Shown piece after piece: positions 55,371-64,000 of a stretch of 64,000 nt of DNA (the stretch's first letter is position 1; every line of letters starts with the position of its first letter). This DNA is from Candidatus Hodarchaeota archaeon (GTDB lineage: Archaea > Asgardarchaeota > Lokiarchaeia > Sigyniarchaeales > SOKP01). The position numbers and the translations under genes are program-made. Location: the NCBI GenBank assembly GCA_048886685.1, contig JBHLKM010000012.1:577-64576 (forward strand). The letters are read 5' to 3'. The notes below the pieces were generated by a model, which saw only the letters and a program-made list of their open reading frames with translations, searched no databases and had not been told where the DNA came from.

Positions 55371-55685
55371 TTAGTAATAACTTAACTCAATTAATTTCTT
55401 TTCCTTTACTGTATAACCTTCTTTATCTCCTAATTTTAATGAAATAGGTCTGAAATCCTTATTTAATCCTTTTTTATATAAGAATTTTTTGATTCTAAGT
55501 TTTAAAGCTCTTTTAGATAATTTGAAGGGCATTGAGATTATAATTTCATTCCTGTCACGGTTAAGGGTAATTTGGGGAAGTGTTTCTGCTAAAAATCTTA
55601 CTAAATCCTCAACGTGTTGATCACTTTTAAAACTTAAATCCTTGATATTTACTGTAATTTCTTTAATTTCATCTTCACTCATCAT
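55371..55685 (-). CDS. ribosomal protein eL22-like
   Basis: 104 aa. PFKLSKRALKLRIKKFLYKKGLNKDFRPISL...EGYTV parallels eukaryotic RPL22 (as I recall it: [28 protein letters not shown]...ESYELRYF). The preceding region is similar (VEDLVRFLAETL versus ANFEQFLQERI). Confidence 0.55.
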   Translation of the reverse strand: MMSEDEIKEITVNIKDLSFKSDQHVEDLVRFLAETLPQITLNRDRNEIIISMPFKLSKRALKLRIKKFLYKKGLNKDFRPISLKLGDKEGYTVKEKKLIELSYY

Positions 55686-55825
55686 TAAATCACTCTGTAA
55701 TATAATTATAAATATTATTAATTTTTTATGATTTTAATAATATAATTCATTATCTTAATTTCTATTTAAGAAATTTCGAGTTTTTCCCAACAAATAAAAG
55801 TTTGAACATTTAGTGGTGAAATAAG

Positions 55826-57100
55826 TTGGTACACTATGTAAATTTAGATTATAAACCTAATAATGATGACCTTGTCGCTATGTACTATGTGGAAAAATCA
55901 TCTGAATGCAGAGATTTGGAGCAAGCATGCGAAGAAATAGCTAAAGAAAGTTCTATTGGAACATGGACTGAAATTGCTACTTTATCAGCAGATATTGCCG
56001 AAAGGCTTAAGCCATCCGCATTCTATATTGATGCAGAAAACAATATTGTAAAAATAGCTTACACTAAGGACCTATTTGAAGCAAATAACTTACCACAAAT
56101 TCTAAGTGCCATAGCAGGTAATATATTTGGAATGAAGGTGTTAAACCATCTAAGATTGTTAGATATAACATTTCCTAAAAGTATAGTTTCTGCCTATAAA
56201 GGACCAAAATTTGGCGTTGAGGGAATTAGAAAGTTAACAAAAATAGAAAAACGACCACTCCTTGGTACGATTGTTAAACCAAAGGTAGGTTTGAATGAAG
56301 TTGAACATGCAAATGTATGTGGTCAAGCTTGGAGAGGTGGTTTAGATATTGTCAAAGATGATGAAAACTTAACAAGTATGTCTTTTAATAAGTTCGAGAA
56401 AAGAATTAAAGAAACTCTAAAAATCCGAGATACTATAGAAAAGGATATTGGAGAAAAAAAGATATACATGCCGAACATTACGGCACCATTGACTAAAATG
56501 AAAAAAAGAGCAGATTTTGTTATTGAACATGGAGGAGAATACATTATGTTAGATATATTGACTGTTGGGTTTTCAGCGCTCCAAGAAATTAGAGATTATT
56601 TAGATGATAAGAACGTAGTTATACATGGTCACAGGGCAATGCACGCAGCTATTACTAGAAATAAAAAACACGGAATGACAATGTTAGCCCTCGCTAAATT
56701 AATGAGGTTAATAGGAATGGATCAATTACACACTGGAACGGTTGTTGGAAAAATGGAAGGCGGGCGGCAGGAAGTTGTAGAAATCAATAAAATTATAACA
56801 GAGCGAGAAATTGTAGGAAATAATTTAACAATGCTTGATCAAGATTGGAATTCTATTAAACCTACATTACCTGTTGCTTCCGGGGGTTTAAGTCCGTTTC
56901 ATATTCCAGACCTAATGAATATATTAGGTAAAGATTTGGTGTATCAATTCGGTGGGGGATGTCATGGGCATCCTGATGGAACTGAAGCCGGAGCTCGTGC
57001 CATAAGACAAGCAATGACATCTGTTCTGGAAGGTTATACCTTAAAGGAATATGCAAAAAATAACAATGAATTAGCTAGAGCTCTTGAAAAATGGAGTTAA
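55826..57100 (+). CDS. rbcL: ribulose-bisphosphate carboxylase large subunit, form III
   Basis: Catalytic motifs GTIVKPKVGL, GGLDIVKDDENL, HGHRAMHAA and FGGGCHGHP are all present. TTG start preceded by GGTGA. No small-subunit gene. Confidence 0.9.
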   Translation: MVHYVNLDYKPNNDDLVAMYYVEKSSECRDLEQACEEIAKESSIGTWTEIATLSADIAERLKPSAFYIDAENNIVKIAYTKDLFEANNLPQILSAIAGNIFGMKVLNHLRLLDITFPKSIVSAYKGPKFGVEGIRKLTKIEKRPLLGTIVKPKVGLNEVEHANVCGQAWRGGLDIVKDDENLTSMSFNKFEKRIKETLKIRDTIEKDIGEKKIYMPNITAPLTKMKKRADFVIEHGGEYIMLDILTVGFSALQEIRDYLDDKNVVIHGHRAMHAAITRNKKHGMTMLALAKLMRLIGMDQLHTGTVVGKMEGGRQEVVEINKIITEREIVGNNLTMLDQDWNSIKPTLPVASGGLSPFHIPDLMNILGKDLVYQFGGGCHGHPDGTEAGARAIRQAMTSVLEGYTLKEYAKNNNELARALEKWS

Positions 57101-57117
57101 GTAGGTATAAGAAACTA

Positions 57118-58050
57118 TTATACCATTTCTGGATACAATTTACTAAAATAATTTGGTACATGACTCGAAGCAAAAATACCCGCTTCGGTGATTAATCCAT
57201 CTATATATCGTCGAGATACAGTTTCGAATGCAGGATTTAAAACTTCAATTCCTTTTGGAGGTTTTTCCCAAATCTCTTTTGGATCTCTCATTTCGATAAT
57301 TTCCAAAATTCCTAGATTTGTTTCTGGATTGTATTTTAATAATGGAGAAGCAACATAAAAAGGAACATGTTCCTCATGAGCTACTAATGCTAATAACCTT
57401 GAACCTATTTTATTGATTATGGTTCCTTCACTTGTTATACTATCTGCTCCAATTATAATTAAATTAACTTCAAAATGTCTTACTGCCCACCTCATAGCAC
57501 TATCAACTACATGAGTGACCTCTATGCCTGCATCTACTAATTTATTTGCTGTTTTCCTCCCTTGTAATCTTGGCTGTGTTTCTGTATTAATTACTCTGAA
57601 GTTCTTGTTTTGACTCTTTGCTTCTAAAAGAATGGCCGTAACTAAACTCGAGTGACAATGAGTCATCACATTAAATTTTTTATCTACATCAGGAATTCGT
57701 CGAGCACCTATGATAGCAATTCTTTTCTTTGCAGTTTGAAGCATATCATAATACTGATCTTTGTATTTTCCTATGATATCTGATATAAATTCGGGATAAA
57801 CACTTTCTCTTTCTTTTTCTAACTTATTCATGATAAATTTCAAACCATTCTTCATAGCAGGTTCTGTAGGTCTTGTATCAATTAAGACATCCACTGCTTT
57901 GTATAGGTTTTCAAAGCATGCCTCAAGATTGTCAGATTTTAACCTTTTTGCAAAATCACTTAGAAATTGAATTGCATTAATTGCTATATTTGTAGCCCCT
58001 TGAATTTCTAAAGATTTAATTCTATTAGCATCTTTTAATAATTGGTCCAT
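57118..58050 (-). CDS. eIF-2B alpha/beta/delta family protein, probable ribose-1,5-bisphosphate isomerase
   Basis: 310 aa of the eIF2B-related fold (VMTHCHSSLV, IIGADSITSEG, NKIGS). Convergent with and adjacent to form III RuBisCO. Confidence 0.6.
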   Translation of the reverse strand: MDQLLKDANRIKSLEIQGATNIAINAIQFLSDFAKRLKSDNLEACFENLYKAVDVLIDTRPTEPAMKNGLKFIMNKLEKERESVYPEFISDIIGKYKDQYYDMLQTAKKRIAIIGARRIPDVDKKFNVMTHCHSSLVTAILLEAKSQNKNFRVINTETQPRLQGRKTANKLVDAGIEVTHVVDSAMRWAVRHFEVNLIIIGADSITSEGTIINKIGSRLLALVAHEEHVPFYVASPLLKYNPETNLGILEIIEMRDPKEIWEKPPKGIEVLNPAFETVSRRYIDGLITEAGIFASSHVPNYFSKLYPEMV

Positions 58051-58116
58051 TTTTAAGCATTTTTTATTTTATTCTTTAAGGATTATAGAAATAATAGTTT
58101 AAAAAATTTGATATTC

Positions 58117-58311
58117 TTAAGATTCCTTGTAATTGTTTGAAGGATCTTCCTCATCTAATTGAAAATCCTCGGGGTCAATTTCTATATAAAAATGCCCTAA
58201 ATAACCACAATTGGTGCATTCATACATACTTGGGGCTAACCAACCCGAAACATTAACAGCACTTTTTAATTTTGGCTCTTTACACTTTGGACAAATTCTA
58301 ATGCTTACCAT
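58117..58311 (-). CDS. small zinc-ribbon protein with acidic tail
   Basis: 64 aa with CPKC...CTNC. Confidence 0.4.
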   Translation of the reverse strand: MVSIRICPKCKEPKLKSAVNVSGWLAPSMYECTNCGYLGHFYIEIDPEDFQLDEEDPSNNYKES

Positions 58312-58574
58312 AATTTCTTAATTAATAACTTTTCTTTCTTTAAGACCAATTACATATTAAGTATAATTATCTTTGTATAAATTTTTAATTAGAAATTACT
58401 AAAAATCTAATTAAAATCTAATTATAGCATAATATCAGTTATATAAGAAAATTATTTCAGTCTTATAACAATAAATTAAATTTACCCTCTCTTACTATTT
58501 AATAACAGTAGATTCTACTTGTCGTTGAATAAAGATAATTTAGTAGAATGATATTCTAGAAATTATTACCATCT

Positions 58575-60401
58575 ATGAAAGATTTAGAACTGCAAAGAAA
58601 GAGTTTACCGAATGAACCCGGAGTTTATTTATTCGCCGATAAAGAGGGTTCTATAATTTATATTGGCAAAGCAGTTAATTTAAGAAAAAGAGTTAACCAA
58701 TATTTCTTGAAAGCTAGCTATATTGATCCTTATTATGAAGAAAAAATTAAGGAATTGGTAAGTAAAATTAGCTCTATTGAATTTATAGTCACCGAAAATG
58801 AAAAGGAAGCACTGCTCCTAGAGCATATTCAGATAAAAAAGCACCTTCCCAGATATAATGTTATTATGAGGGATTCTAAATCTTATCCCTGGGTTGGAAT
58901 CTTTTACAGCGAGGACTTTCCCCGGATAAGAGTATTAAGAAATCCTGAAAAATTTTCTCAAGAAAACTTATTTTTAGGACCATACACAGATAAAAAGGAG
59001 ATTATTAGAATATTACGAGATTTAAGAAAGATTTTTCCTTATTGTTCATGTAAGAAACCGATTAAAAAAAAAAGAAGACCATGTTTATATTATCAATTAA
59101 AACTCTGTCCGGGTCCATGTTTCACTGAAATCACTAAAGAGGAATATCGAGATAATATTACAAAAATCGAAATGTTTTTAAGAGGAGAAACAAGTCAATT
59201 AAAAAATGAAATCGAAGAAAAAATGAACGCAGCTGCAAGAAAGCAGGAGTTTGAAGTAGCAGCTTTTTGGCGAGATAAACTAGAAGATATTGATCATGCA
59301 ACTGACGAACAACATGTTTTATTAGATTATGAATCTAATAAGGATATTATTGGATATAGTAGTGAGCAAAACTTCTTTGCAATGGTTATAATCCATATTA
59401 GGGAAGGGAGAATCATCAATAAAAATTCTTTTGATTTTGATTTAAGAGAAAAAGTAGCACATAAAGATGGGATTTTTACTTCCATTATAGAACAATATTA
59501 TCAAGGATTTAAAACACAATTGCCTGAAGCAATAATAGTTCCTGAAATAAAGGAAGATCTTAATGTTTTAATCAATTATTTGAAGGATATAAAGAAAGAG
59601 ATACAAATAAGAACTCCAGTCGATGATTATGAAAAAGGTCTAACCAGAATTGCAAATAAGAACGCCAGGGTTATCGTTCAACAGCAATTACAAATGGAAC
59701 ATATTAAAATGGATGAGAGAGACTTCAGAGATGAAGTGTTAAAAGAAGCAAAAGAAAGGCTGAATCTTCCAACAGAACCTCGTATTATTGAAGGATTTGA
59801 TATATCAAATATAGAAGGTAAGGATGCAACTGGATCAATGGTTTATTTTTTAGAAGCAAAACCTTATAATAAAAATTATAGGCATTTCAAAATAAGAACT
59901 AAATCGATACCTGATGATGTGGCTATGATGAAAGAAGTATTAATAAGAAGATATTCCATGCTTTTAAAGAGAAATTTAGAGCTCCCCGATTTAATTATTG
60001 TTGATGGTGGAAAAGGTCAACTTAATGTTGGGATTTCGGTTTTACAAGAGCTAGGTCTTAAAATACCAATAATTGGATTAGCTAAAAAATATGAGGAAAT
60101 CTACATCCCGAATAAGAAAGATCCAATTGTACTCCCTAAAAATTCACCTCTACTAAAATTATTTCAGCGAGTTAGAGATGAAGCTCATCGTTTCGCTGTC
60201 AGGCTTCATAAAAAGCAGAGAAAAAAACGTATGGTTGGATCAGTATTAGATTATATTGAAGGAGTTGGACCAGTTACTAGAAATAAGTTATTGAATCATT
60301 TTGGAAGTGTAGATAATATCAGAAATTCTACAATAGAAGAAATATCTCAAATTGTTGGAAAAAAACTAGCTAAGTTAATTTCAGAAGAATTAAACAAATA
60401 A
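58575..60401 (+). CDS. uvrC: excinuclease ABC subunit C
   Basis: GIY-YIG domain (GVYLFADKEGSIIYIGKAVNLRKRVNQYF), Cys cluster, UVR-like coil, endonuclease V-like domain and C-terminal (HhH)2 (IEGVGPVTRNKLLNHFGS). Confidence 0.9.
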   Translation: MKDLELQRKSLPNEPGVYLFADKEGSIIYIGKAVNLRKRVNQYFLKASYIDPYYEEKIKELVSKISSIEFIVTENEKEALLLEHIQIKKHLPRYNVIMRDSKSYPWVGIFYSEDFPRIRVLRNPEKFSQENLFLGPYTDKKEIIRILRDLRKIFPYCSCKKPIKKKRRPCLYYQLKLCPGPCFTEITKEEYRDNITKIEMFLRGETSQLKNEIEEKMNAAARKQEFEVAAFWRDKLEDIDHATDEQHVLLDYESNKDIIGYSSEQNFFAMVIIHIREGRIINKNSFDFDLREKVAHKDGIFTSIIEQYYQGFKTQLPEAIIVPEIKEDLNVLINYLKDIKKEIQIRTPVDDYEKGLTRIANKNARVIVQQQLQMEHIKMDERDFRDEVLKEAKERLNLPTEPRIIEGFDISNIEGKDATGSMVYFLEAKPYNKNYRHFKIRTKSIPDDVAMMKEVLIRRYSMLLKRNLELPDLIIVDGGKGQLNVGISVLQELGLKIPIIGLAKKYEEIYIPNKKDPIVLPKNSPLLKLFQRVRDEAHRFAVRLHKKQRKKRMVGSVLDYIEGVGPVTRNKLLNHFGSVDNIRNSTIEEISQIVGKKLAKLISEELNK

Positions 60402-60438
60402 ATTTATGTTTTTTAGATTTAAAAAAAAATTGATTTAA

Positions 60439-61743
60439 TTATAAATATTCACTTTTAATCCTCGAAAGCATAGCAGAGATAAGGATTAAAGCTCCTAATA
60501 GTATAAATGTTGCGCTTAAATTCCACATTACTAGGTACCCAATGAGGGGGTAGAGACTTGCTCTGATAAGACTTGCTACCATGTTGATCGTACTTAAAAC
60601 AGTAGCTCTATTCTGTGTTTCAATCTGTGTATTTATGCCCCTTACGAATATTATGCTCCGTGAGAATCCGAATCCAATTATTGTGAGAATTAAAGGAATA
60701 CTAATTGGAATATAGAATATCAGCGCTATGAGAACAAAACCCATACCTGGTAGTATTGTATACATCTGCAGAAATCTTCTTTTATTTTTCACTCTAGTGG
60801 CAAACTTTGGAATAACATTGTTAAAGACAATCTGTACAATAGTCATGGAAGCACTCACTAATCCAAAGAAAACTAATTGAAAATTCAATGCTTCAAGATA
60901 TATCTGATATGTCCATATTAAGAAGAATACAATTGATTCTGTTATTATCATTTCAAAAGCTAATATCCTGAGTATCTTGTTTCTCCTGAGATCTTTAAAT
61001 CCAGACTTTATTACAGCTACATACTTATCAGTTTTCTTTTTCTCTAACTCATGATTTGGTTCTCTCAGTGTTAAAGATATCAATGTTGCAATGAAGAATG
61101 GGATAAACATAAGAGTCATTACAAGGTTTAACGATAGATAAGCTCCAATTATTGAGCCAATTGGAGCAGAAACCGTTATACCGAATAACATGCAACTCCT
61201 ATTTCTAGCTGTTACTTTTGAGATGTCGCTTTCTCTTCCAAGCTTTCTTAATGTATCATATGTGAATGCTTGATCCGTACCTGAAATTAGAGCGCTAGCA
61301 AAAGCCCAAAGAGTTTCTCCGACAACAAAAATGAATATATGTTGATAACTTCCATATACCAATGCTGCACATGCAGTAATTAGAGATCCCAATACCAAAG
61401 AGAACTTTCTGCTAATAAAATCAGCTATTGCTCCACAAGGTATCTCGAATAATAGAATCATCATTGTAAAGTAACTTTGTAAGAACATTACTTCAACGAA
61501 AGTTAATTCTCCCCATGTCAGGAAAAAAGGTAATAGTACTCCTGAAATTAAGTTAAGACCCATGAAAAAATGAAATATGTAAGATTTCCATATGTTTGAA
61601 TTCCATTTCTCTTTAGTATGAATGACTTCTTGAGCTTCCTCTAATTGACCGTATATAAACTCTATTTTAACCATTTTTTGCTCTATTTCATTATTTTCTG
61701 CTGACATTTTTATCTTCTTTGATTTTTTTTTTCTATTTAGCAT
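60439..61743 (-). CDS. MFS transporter
   Basis: 434 aa with about 12 hydrophobic helices. A charged N-terminal extension precedes the first helix. Confidence 0.65.
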   Translation of the reverse strand: MLNRKKKSKKIKMSAENNEIEQKMVKIEFIYGQLEEAQEVIHTKEKWNSNIWKSYIFHFFMGLNLISGVLLPFFLTWGELTFVEVMFLQSYFTMMILLFEIPCGAIADFISRKFSLVLGSLITACAALVYGSYQHIFIFVVGETLWAFASALISGTDQAFTYDTLRKLGRESDISKVTARNRSCMLFGITVSAPIGSIIGAYLSLNLVMTLMFIPFFIATLISLTLREPNHELEKKKTDKYVAVIKSGFKDLRRNKILRILAFEMIITESIVFFLIWTYQIYLEALNFQLVFFGLVSASMTIVQIVFNNVIPKFATRVKNKRRFLQMYTILPGMGFVLIALIFYIPISIPLILTIIGFGFSRSIIFVRGINTQIETQNRATVLSTINMVASLIRASLYPLIGYLVMWNLSATFILLGALILISAMLSRIKSEYL

Positions 61744-61945
61744 TTAGAAGATTGTAGTAGGCTTTCAAGGCATCTGCTTTTATTTTATATCTTTCCCCTT
61801 CTTCATAATATCTCGAATTATATTGCATACTCAAATTAAGCTCTCTTAGTCTTTTGTTTTTATCTTTTCTTAGCTCTTGAGCCTTTTCCAACCTAGCAGA
61901 TTCTCCATTTTCTGCTAATTCCTTTAATTCTAACAAATTTTCCAC
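61733..61945 (-). CDS. small coiled-coil protein
   Basis: 70-aa K/E/L-rich ORF. Its stop overlaps the start of the MFS gene by 11 nt. Confidence 0.3.
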   Translation of the reverse strand: MENLLELKELAENGESARLEKAQELRKDKNKRLRELNLSMQYNSRYYEEGERYKIKADALKAYYNLLNAK

Positions 61946-62438
61946 CTCTTTTTTTTATTATTTTATTTCTTTATAACTTTTTTAATTTTCTTAAAAAAAC
62001 ATATTAATTTATCCTAATCTAAAGTACTCGAGCTTCATGGCTAAAATTATGTAAAAAATGTGAAAGATACAAGGATTTAGATCGAAGTTTTAAATTATTA
62101 CGCAAAGATTATATACAATATAAGAGAATAAGTACAGAAGGTTTGTTGATTTCTACGCATTCATTAGGATAATGCATTTAACATATGTATCTTAGAGGGT
62201 ACATACATTAATGTCATGGCCATTGATTTGCATACAGACGGAATACGGAATAGGGTATCTCCACAATCCAACCCAATCCATCTATATACTTTAATTACCA
62301 TGATTTTTCAACAAATATGTTTAAAGAATAAAGAGTATAACTTGATATTTAAGTTTAACGGTTGTGTACACTCTTTTTGGATAAATGGGAAAAGAATGGG
62401 CACAAAAAAAAGCTTAGATTTAAAAAATAATTAAAATA

Positions 62439-63875
62439 TTACATCCTTGAAATAATTAACTTTATAAGTTCAGCTGTGGTTTCACAATTTACTCTTGCTA
62501 AAGATTCTCTTTTTGCTTCGCTGATAACTCTGATAATCGGTTCTGTATTTGAAGGATGTATTAAAATGAACCATTCTTTACCTTTACCAAATCGAAGATC
62601 AAGATCAATTTGATTTACTTCTTCTCCCTCCTCAATTAACTCATTTTTTACCAGTCCAATAATCGATTTCACATCATACTTTTTAATATTAATTTTCTCC
62701 CTAAATGAATAAAATCTAGGGAGGCTAGAAACCAATTCAGAGACTTTTTTTCCAGTTTTTACTAATATTTCTATAATTTTTGCAGCTGCAAAAATTCCAT
62801 CTCGAGTATTATTGAAATAAGGGAAAATAAAACCTCCACACGACCCCTCACCACCAAATACTAATTTTCTTGATTTTAAATCTTCTTCTCCAATCAAAAA
62901 TTCTATTTTATCTATTAAAAATTTCTCTCCAATAGGAGTTCTAATTACTTGAGCACCATATTTTTCAGCGATTTCTTCAAATCTTAATGAAGACGCTAAA
63001 TTTGTAACTATAATTATTTGTCTTTCGGCATCATAATTATTTTTTAAATAATATTCAGTAATTAGAGCTAATCCGATATCTTCAGGATAACAAACTCCGC
63101 CTTCACTAATTATAGCTAATCTATCCGCATCAGAATCATGAGCAAAACCTATATCATATTTACCTTGCCATACTTCCATTCTTAAATCTTTTAGATTTTT
63201 CGCTATAGGTTCAATTTCTCTAGGAAAGATGTTATTAACCAATAAATCATTGTTAAGTTCTTTCACTTCACACCCCATTCCTTTAAGAATTTGAGGCGTA
63301 GCATATTTCCCTGCTCCTGCTCCAGTATCCACCACCACTCGAAGATTATTTTTTTTCTTTACTTTTTTATAATCAATATATTTATATAGGTCTTGAATAT
63401 AGTCTGGAATTGGATTCAAAATTTCAACATTTTTGTTTATTGCTGACTTTTCTAAAGAATAAGAATCTAGATTAATTTGATTTAATTTATTTAGTATTTC
63501 CTCTAAATCAACTTTATCAAGGTAATTATTCATTGAAAGTAGTTTTAGACCGTTCCATTCTTGAGGGTTATGAGAACCAGTAATAATAATGCCTCCTGGA
63601 ATACTATATTTGTTTCTTACATAGATAACTATCGGCGTTGGACAAATTCCAAGATTTATTACCTTAATGCCTGCTTTTATTAACCCTTCGATAACAGCTT
63701 GTTCAATTCTATTACCACTTGGTCGAGTATCTCTACCTACTATGACTTTTTTATTAATACCATTAAGCCATAAACCGTAAGCTATTGCAATCTTCTTTAT
63801 AATATCAAAACTAAAATCTTTACCTGTAATACCTCGTATTCCACTTAAAGTAAAGATTAAATTTTCTTCTTTCAT
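62439..63875 (-). CDS. glmM: alpha-D-phosphohexomutase family (phosphoglucosamine/phosphomannomutase)
   Basis: Active-site loop TGSHNPQEWNGLK, metal loop FAHDSDADRL, sugar loop GGEGSCG. The family is confident; the specific substrate is not. Confidence 0.8.
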   Translation of the reverse strand: MKEENLIFTLSGIRGITGKDFSFDIIKKIAIAYGLWLNGINKKVIVGRDTRPSGNRIEQAVIEGLIKAGIKVINLGICPTPIVIYVRNKYSIPGGIIITGSHNPQEWNGLKLLSMNNYLDKVDLEEILNKLNQINLDSYSLEKSAINKNVEILNPIPDYIQDLYKYIDYKKVKKKNNLRVVVDTGAGAGKYATPQILKGMGCEVKELNNDLLVNNIFPREIEPIAKNLKDLRMEVWQGKYDIGFAHDSDADRLAIISEGGVCYPEDIGLALITEYYLKNNYDAERQIIIVTNLASSLRFEEIAEKYGAQVIRTPIGEKFLIDKIEFLIGEEDLKSRKLVFGGEGSCGGFIFPYFNNTRDGIFAAAKIIEILVKTGKKVSELVSSLPRFYSFREKINIKKYDVKSIIGLVKNELIEEGEEVNQIDLDLRFGKGKEWFILIHPSNTEPIIRVISEAKRESLARVNCETTAELIKLIISRM

Positions 63876-63902
63876 TCAATTCTCTTAATTTTTAGCTTTT
63901 TT

Positions 63903-64000
63903 TTAAGTAACTACCTCATTTTTTTCCATTTTATATTTTACAAGTGTTAATGCTCCCCTTAGACCAATTTCATCCTCATATTTTGTTAATTTAACTTTTG
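63903..64000 (-). CDS. 3' end of a CDS whose start lies outside the window (product unknown)
   Basis: The minus-strand frame is open to the window edge. My translation ends ...KVKLTKYEDEIGLRGALTLVKYKMEKNEVVT, with the stop at 63903-63905. Confidence 0.4.
   Translation of the reverse strand, partial: KVKLTKYEDEIGLRGALTLVKYKMEKNEVVT

Noticed and set aside
62216-62434. 72-aa plus-strand ORF, and nearby palindromes (acattaatgt, atggccat) and a tandem acggaat x2 in the 61946-62438 gap.
   Set aside because: The ORF has no motif or plausible RBS. The palindromes are short and could occur by chance. I could not support either a gene or a binding site.
1-64000. Searched by eye for CRISPR arrays, IS elements or transposases, integrases and tRNA genes.
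   Set aside because: I found no regularly spaced direct repeats, no transposase or integrase-like ORFs, and no GC-rich cloverleaf candidates in the intergenic regions. Short or degenerate elements could still have been missed without computational tools.

Overview
AT-rich archaeal chromosomal segment with dense coding on both strands (about 64 credible CDSs) and one rRNA gene. I found no tRNA genes, CRISPR arrays or transposases. The content points to an Asgard (Loki-like) archaeon. Archaeal information-processing genes are present: aIF2-gamma, aIF1A, Spt5, TFS, RecJ/Cdc45-like, plus an eL22-like ribosomal protein. There are five Ras/Rab-like small GTPase genes and three proteins with a longin/roadblock-like domain. 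Metabolic genes include a CODH/ACS delta subunit fragment, a corrinoid methyltransferase pair, form III RuBisCO with a ribose-1,5-bisphosphate isomerase-like gene, PanB, an Fe-ADH, ACAD paralogs and two Ntn-hydrolase acylases. Several very large anchored surface proteins are also encoded. The two strongest observations are: (1) a Rab-like GTPase at 25538-26194 whose G motifs run G3-G4-G5-G1-G2, a clean circular permutation with a breakpoint unlike the known cpGTPases; (2) a 5S rRNA gene on the minus strand (44729-44931) of about 203 nt, with a normal beta domain and loop E but two apparent expansion segments. Secondary observations: aIF2-gamma with an obligatorily translated N-terminal (HhH)2 extension; Spt5 with acidic N- and C-terminal extensions; a longin+roadblock two-domain protein; two TPR-longin paralogs; a tandem Rab-like duplication; a GTPase-PIN(Fcf1-like)-GTPase operon; and a GC-rich Pro/Ala-rich insert in a membrane protein. 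All functional calls rest on reading the translated ORFs and motifs by eye; no database search was run.
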